This document shows, piece by piece, positions 61,701-64,000 of a stretch of DNA of 64,000 nucleotides (position 1 is the first letter of the stretch; each line of letters opens with the position of its first letter). The DNA comes from Ophelia neglecta (Eukaryota). The notes under the pieces are model-generated. The model was not told the origin of the DNA. It was given only the letters and a program-made list of their open reading frames with translations, and did no database searches. A program made the translations under genes and the position numbers. Where the stretch lies: NCBI GenBank assembly GCA_965285935.1, contig OZ260661.1:6634001-6698000 (forward strand), read 5' to 3'.

Positions 61701-62682
61701 TCCCGGCTATGATAAAATGGTATTTTCTTGTTTAAGTATGCATATCTGGTTCACTAGATTTCGTAGAATGCCTAAGAAAACGCGCTACTTTTAAACCGAT
61801 TCTCAATAATTGACTTTCCCTAGATGTATACAAGTCAGACGGTATGAATTCCCATGGCTATTTTTGCCTATCTTGTTTGTGTTCTCGGTTAGTGTATTCT
61901 ATCATCTGTCACTGACATCATAAACTGACAGTTGATTAAAGTTCCCTGGTGTTCCGACTCTAGAAATTCCATTCATAAACCTATTTCCCTTGGAAGTTTT
62001 AGGACCCCCCAATGGCACAGCAGACACTGACCCGTTGTCGTGAAGAGCTCTGGGAACCCCTCAAATTTCCAATCAACGAATCAGACTCCTCAGACAGTCA
62101 GTTGGCTGCTTCTTGGTCTGACGAAACACCGGAATAACCTTTAAAATACCAAAATAACCCGGCATTACTTCTAAAAATTAATTTTGTCGAAATAACCTCT
62201 TTATCGTGTTCAGTATTTATAATATAGTATGTTTAGACCCATATGTTATACGGTAACGGTCTGCTAGTTCCAATTGAATTCGCTGTCCCATATGCTTACA
62301 TGTAATACGTGTGAATGCCGTGAAAGCTTATGGGTCAGCAATATGAATATGAATAAACATTTTCCTTCCCAAAATGTCAAATTTTCCTGGCTAGTCTGGT
62401 ATGAATTGAGAAGTTACCCGGCGGCTGAAAGAGGACACCAAAACACAAGCTAAACTGTCATTCCAGGACTAAATGTCCATATTGTCTTCCATTTTAAATT
62501 AATAATTAAATAAATCATCACAAATCCAGATAAATACTTATCTGACTCATCCTTGATCACAAACAATCGTCACTTGACACTCGTATCTGTCCTTAAATAC
62601 AACTGCCACAAGTTGAGTAGTTTCGGTAGCCGTGAAACGTCAGGCTTGGTCTAAAATGTTTAATTTGCATATGGATTGAGTA

Positions 62683-62861
62683 CAGTGAAAGCTGTGTTTG
62701 TGGTCACCTGTGTAATAAGGTCACCTGCCCACTAAGGTCACTAAATAATTGTCTCATCCCCATTAATGCCTGTGTTAAATGACCTGCCTATTAAAGTCAC
62801 CTGTGTATTGTGGTCAGTATTTTCCAGTCCATTGACTGACCTGATTAGACAGGTTTCACTG
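62683..62861. mobile_element. Tc1/mariner-type MITE
   Basis: TA|CAGTGAAAGCTGT ... ACAGGTTTCACTG|TA. Confidence 0.75.
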
Positions 62862-64000
62862 TATTTGCAACAAAATTTAGAATTTTTAAAGTTATATTGC
62901 TTATACCCAAGCCTATTCCTATATCCACCATAGGCGTTCACAGCATTCACGCATATTACATGTCATAGCTCATACAGGGATTTGCCGAGGCTGCGTTTTG
63001 GCGTCTCTGACGCAATGATTTCTCAAGTGACGCATTAACCCATTCATACTTGCGCCAGTTTGGCCCTTTGTTTATTTTCTGACGCATCCGATTTAAGGCA
63101 TTGCGTCTTGTTGAAAGATCTGCACAAATTTTACGGCACAATACACTGTAAACATCGTGTTACGTTAGTTCGAGTGTAGCAACGCATGCATGAGCTCTCG
63201 AACGCAGCCGTATATATGTTTCACTCTTTGCAATATCGGAAGCCGTGTAAACGCCTACTTCGGGATTCGCCGGTCAGGATCGGATGCGCCCGTAACCTCG
63301 TGGTCGTGAATCTACCCTTTTATCGCCCAAAACATTGTAGTAACGCAATGACTAATCTTGCTTCATTATTTTTTAATTTGATGAAAGTACATGATCCAAA
63401 TGTCCCATTGTTCTCCAAAATGTCCCATTGTTCTTACCCCAATGGGGACAATTGTCCCATTGGTTTTTCACCCAGGAAAATCCCTGCTCATAGGTCAGAG
63501 AATTCAATTGGAATTAGCTGATCGTTATACATGTCACCTTATGTGTCAGCGATTGTCAGTCAGCATTTTGATGTACCCTACCTGGCATAGATTGTATTGC
63601 GTTAAGTTGAAAATATGTCATGGGAAAAGCCTAAAATATAGGTTAAAAAAAGGGTCTAAACATACCACTAGTAAGTTGTAAATACCGAATATGAAAAAGA
63701 GGTTATTGCGACAAAATCAATAGATTTTAGAGGTTATTCCAGGTTATTTTGGTATTTCAAAGGTTAGTCCAGTGATTCGCCTGACCCGCTGCTTCTTTGA
63801 CCCCCCTTCCCCCTCCCACCCACACCCCAACCCACATTCTCTCTTCTTGGTCTTCTTCAAATTATCTTGTATTAATATTTAAAATGTTGAATTAGAAAAC
63901 ATATTCTATTTGGATTATAGCTAGGGCTGATTGGTATGGTGGATGTTGTTTTTTTAAACACACACCACACACACACACCCAGCCCTCCCCCCCCCCCCCC

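Noticed and set aside
63395-63470. Repeated TGTCCCATTG motif as a transposon end
   Set aside because: No matching opposite end or TSD inside the window

Overview
Eukaryotic genomic DNA from an invertebrate animal; the repeat families suggest a lophotrochozoan, but this is not certain. The right half holds a complete 11-coding-exon POLR1C/RPAC1 (RPC40) gene on the minus strand (61451 to 39164, 345 aa, all GT-AG introns with matching phases). Its introns carry a near-intact full-length LINE (probably RTE-X), a nest of Mutator-type elements and MITEs, and tandem duplications of exon ends together with their splice donors. The left half (1 to ~32060) is a modular, higher-order tandem array with 11 copies of its anchor module. 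Read on the minus strand, its modules decode as degenerate ribonuclease-inhibitor-type leucine-rich repeats (e.g. ILQG*DLDNNSIGDVGAKV, RRLDLHNNSIGDA, GYSKKEDVGDKALADALRGHP, YNQIEDVKVL). The array therefore looks like a macrosatellite built from a dead LRR gene. Two independent I-clade-like LINE insertions hit the same paralogous motif inside it. All coordinates were read by hand and no database searches were run.
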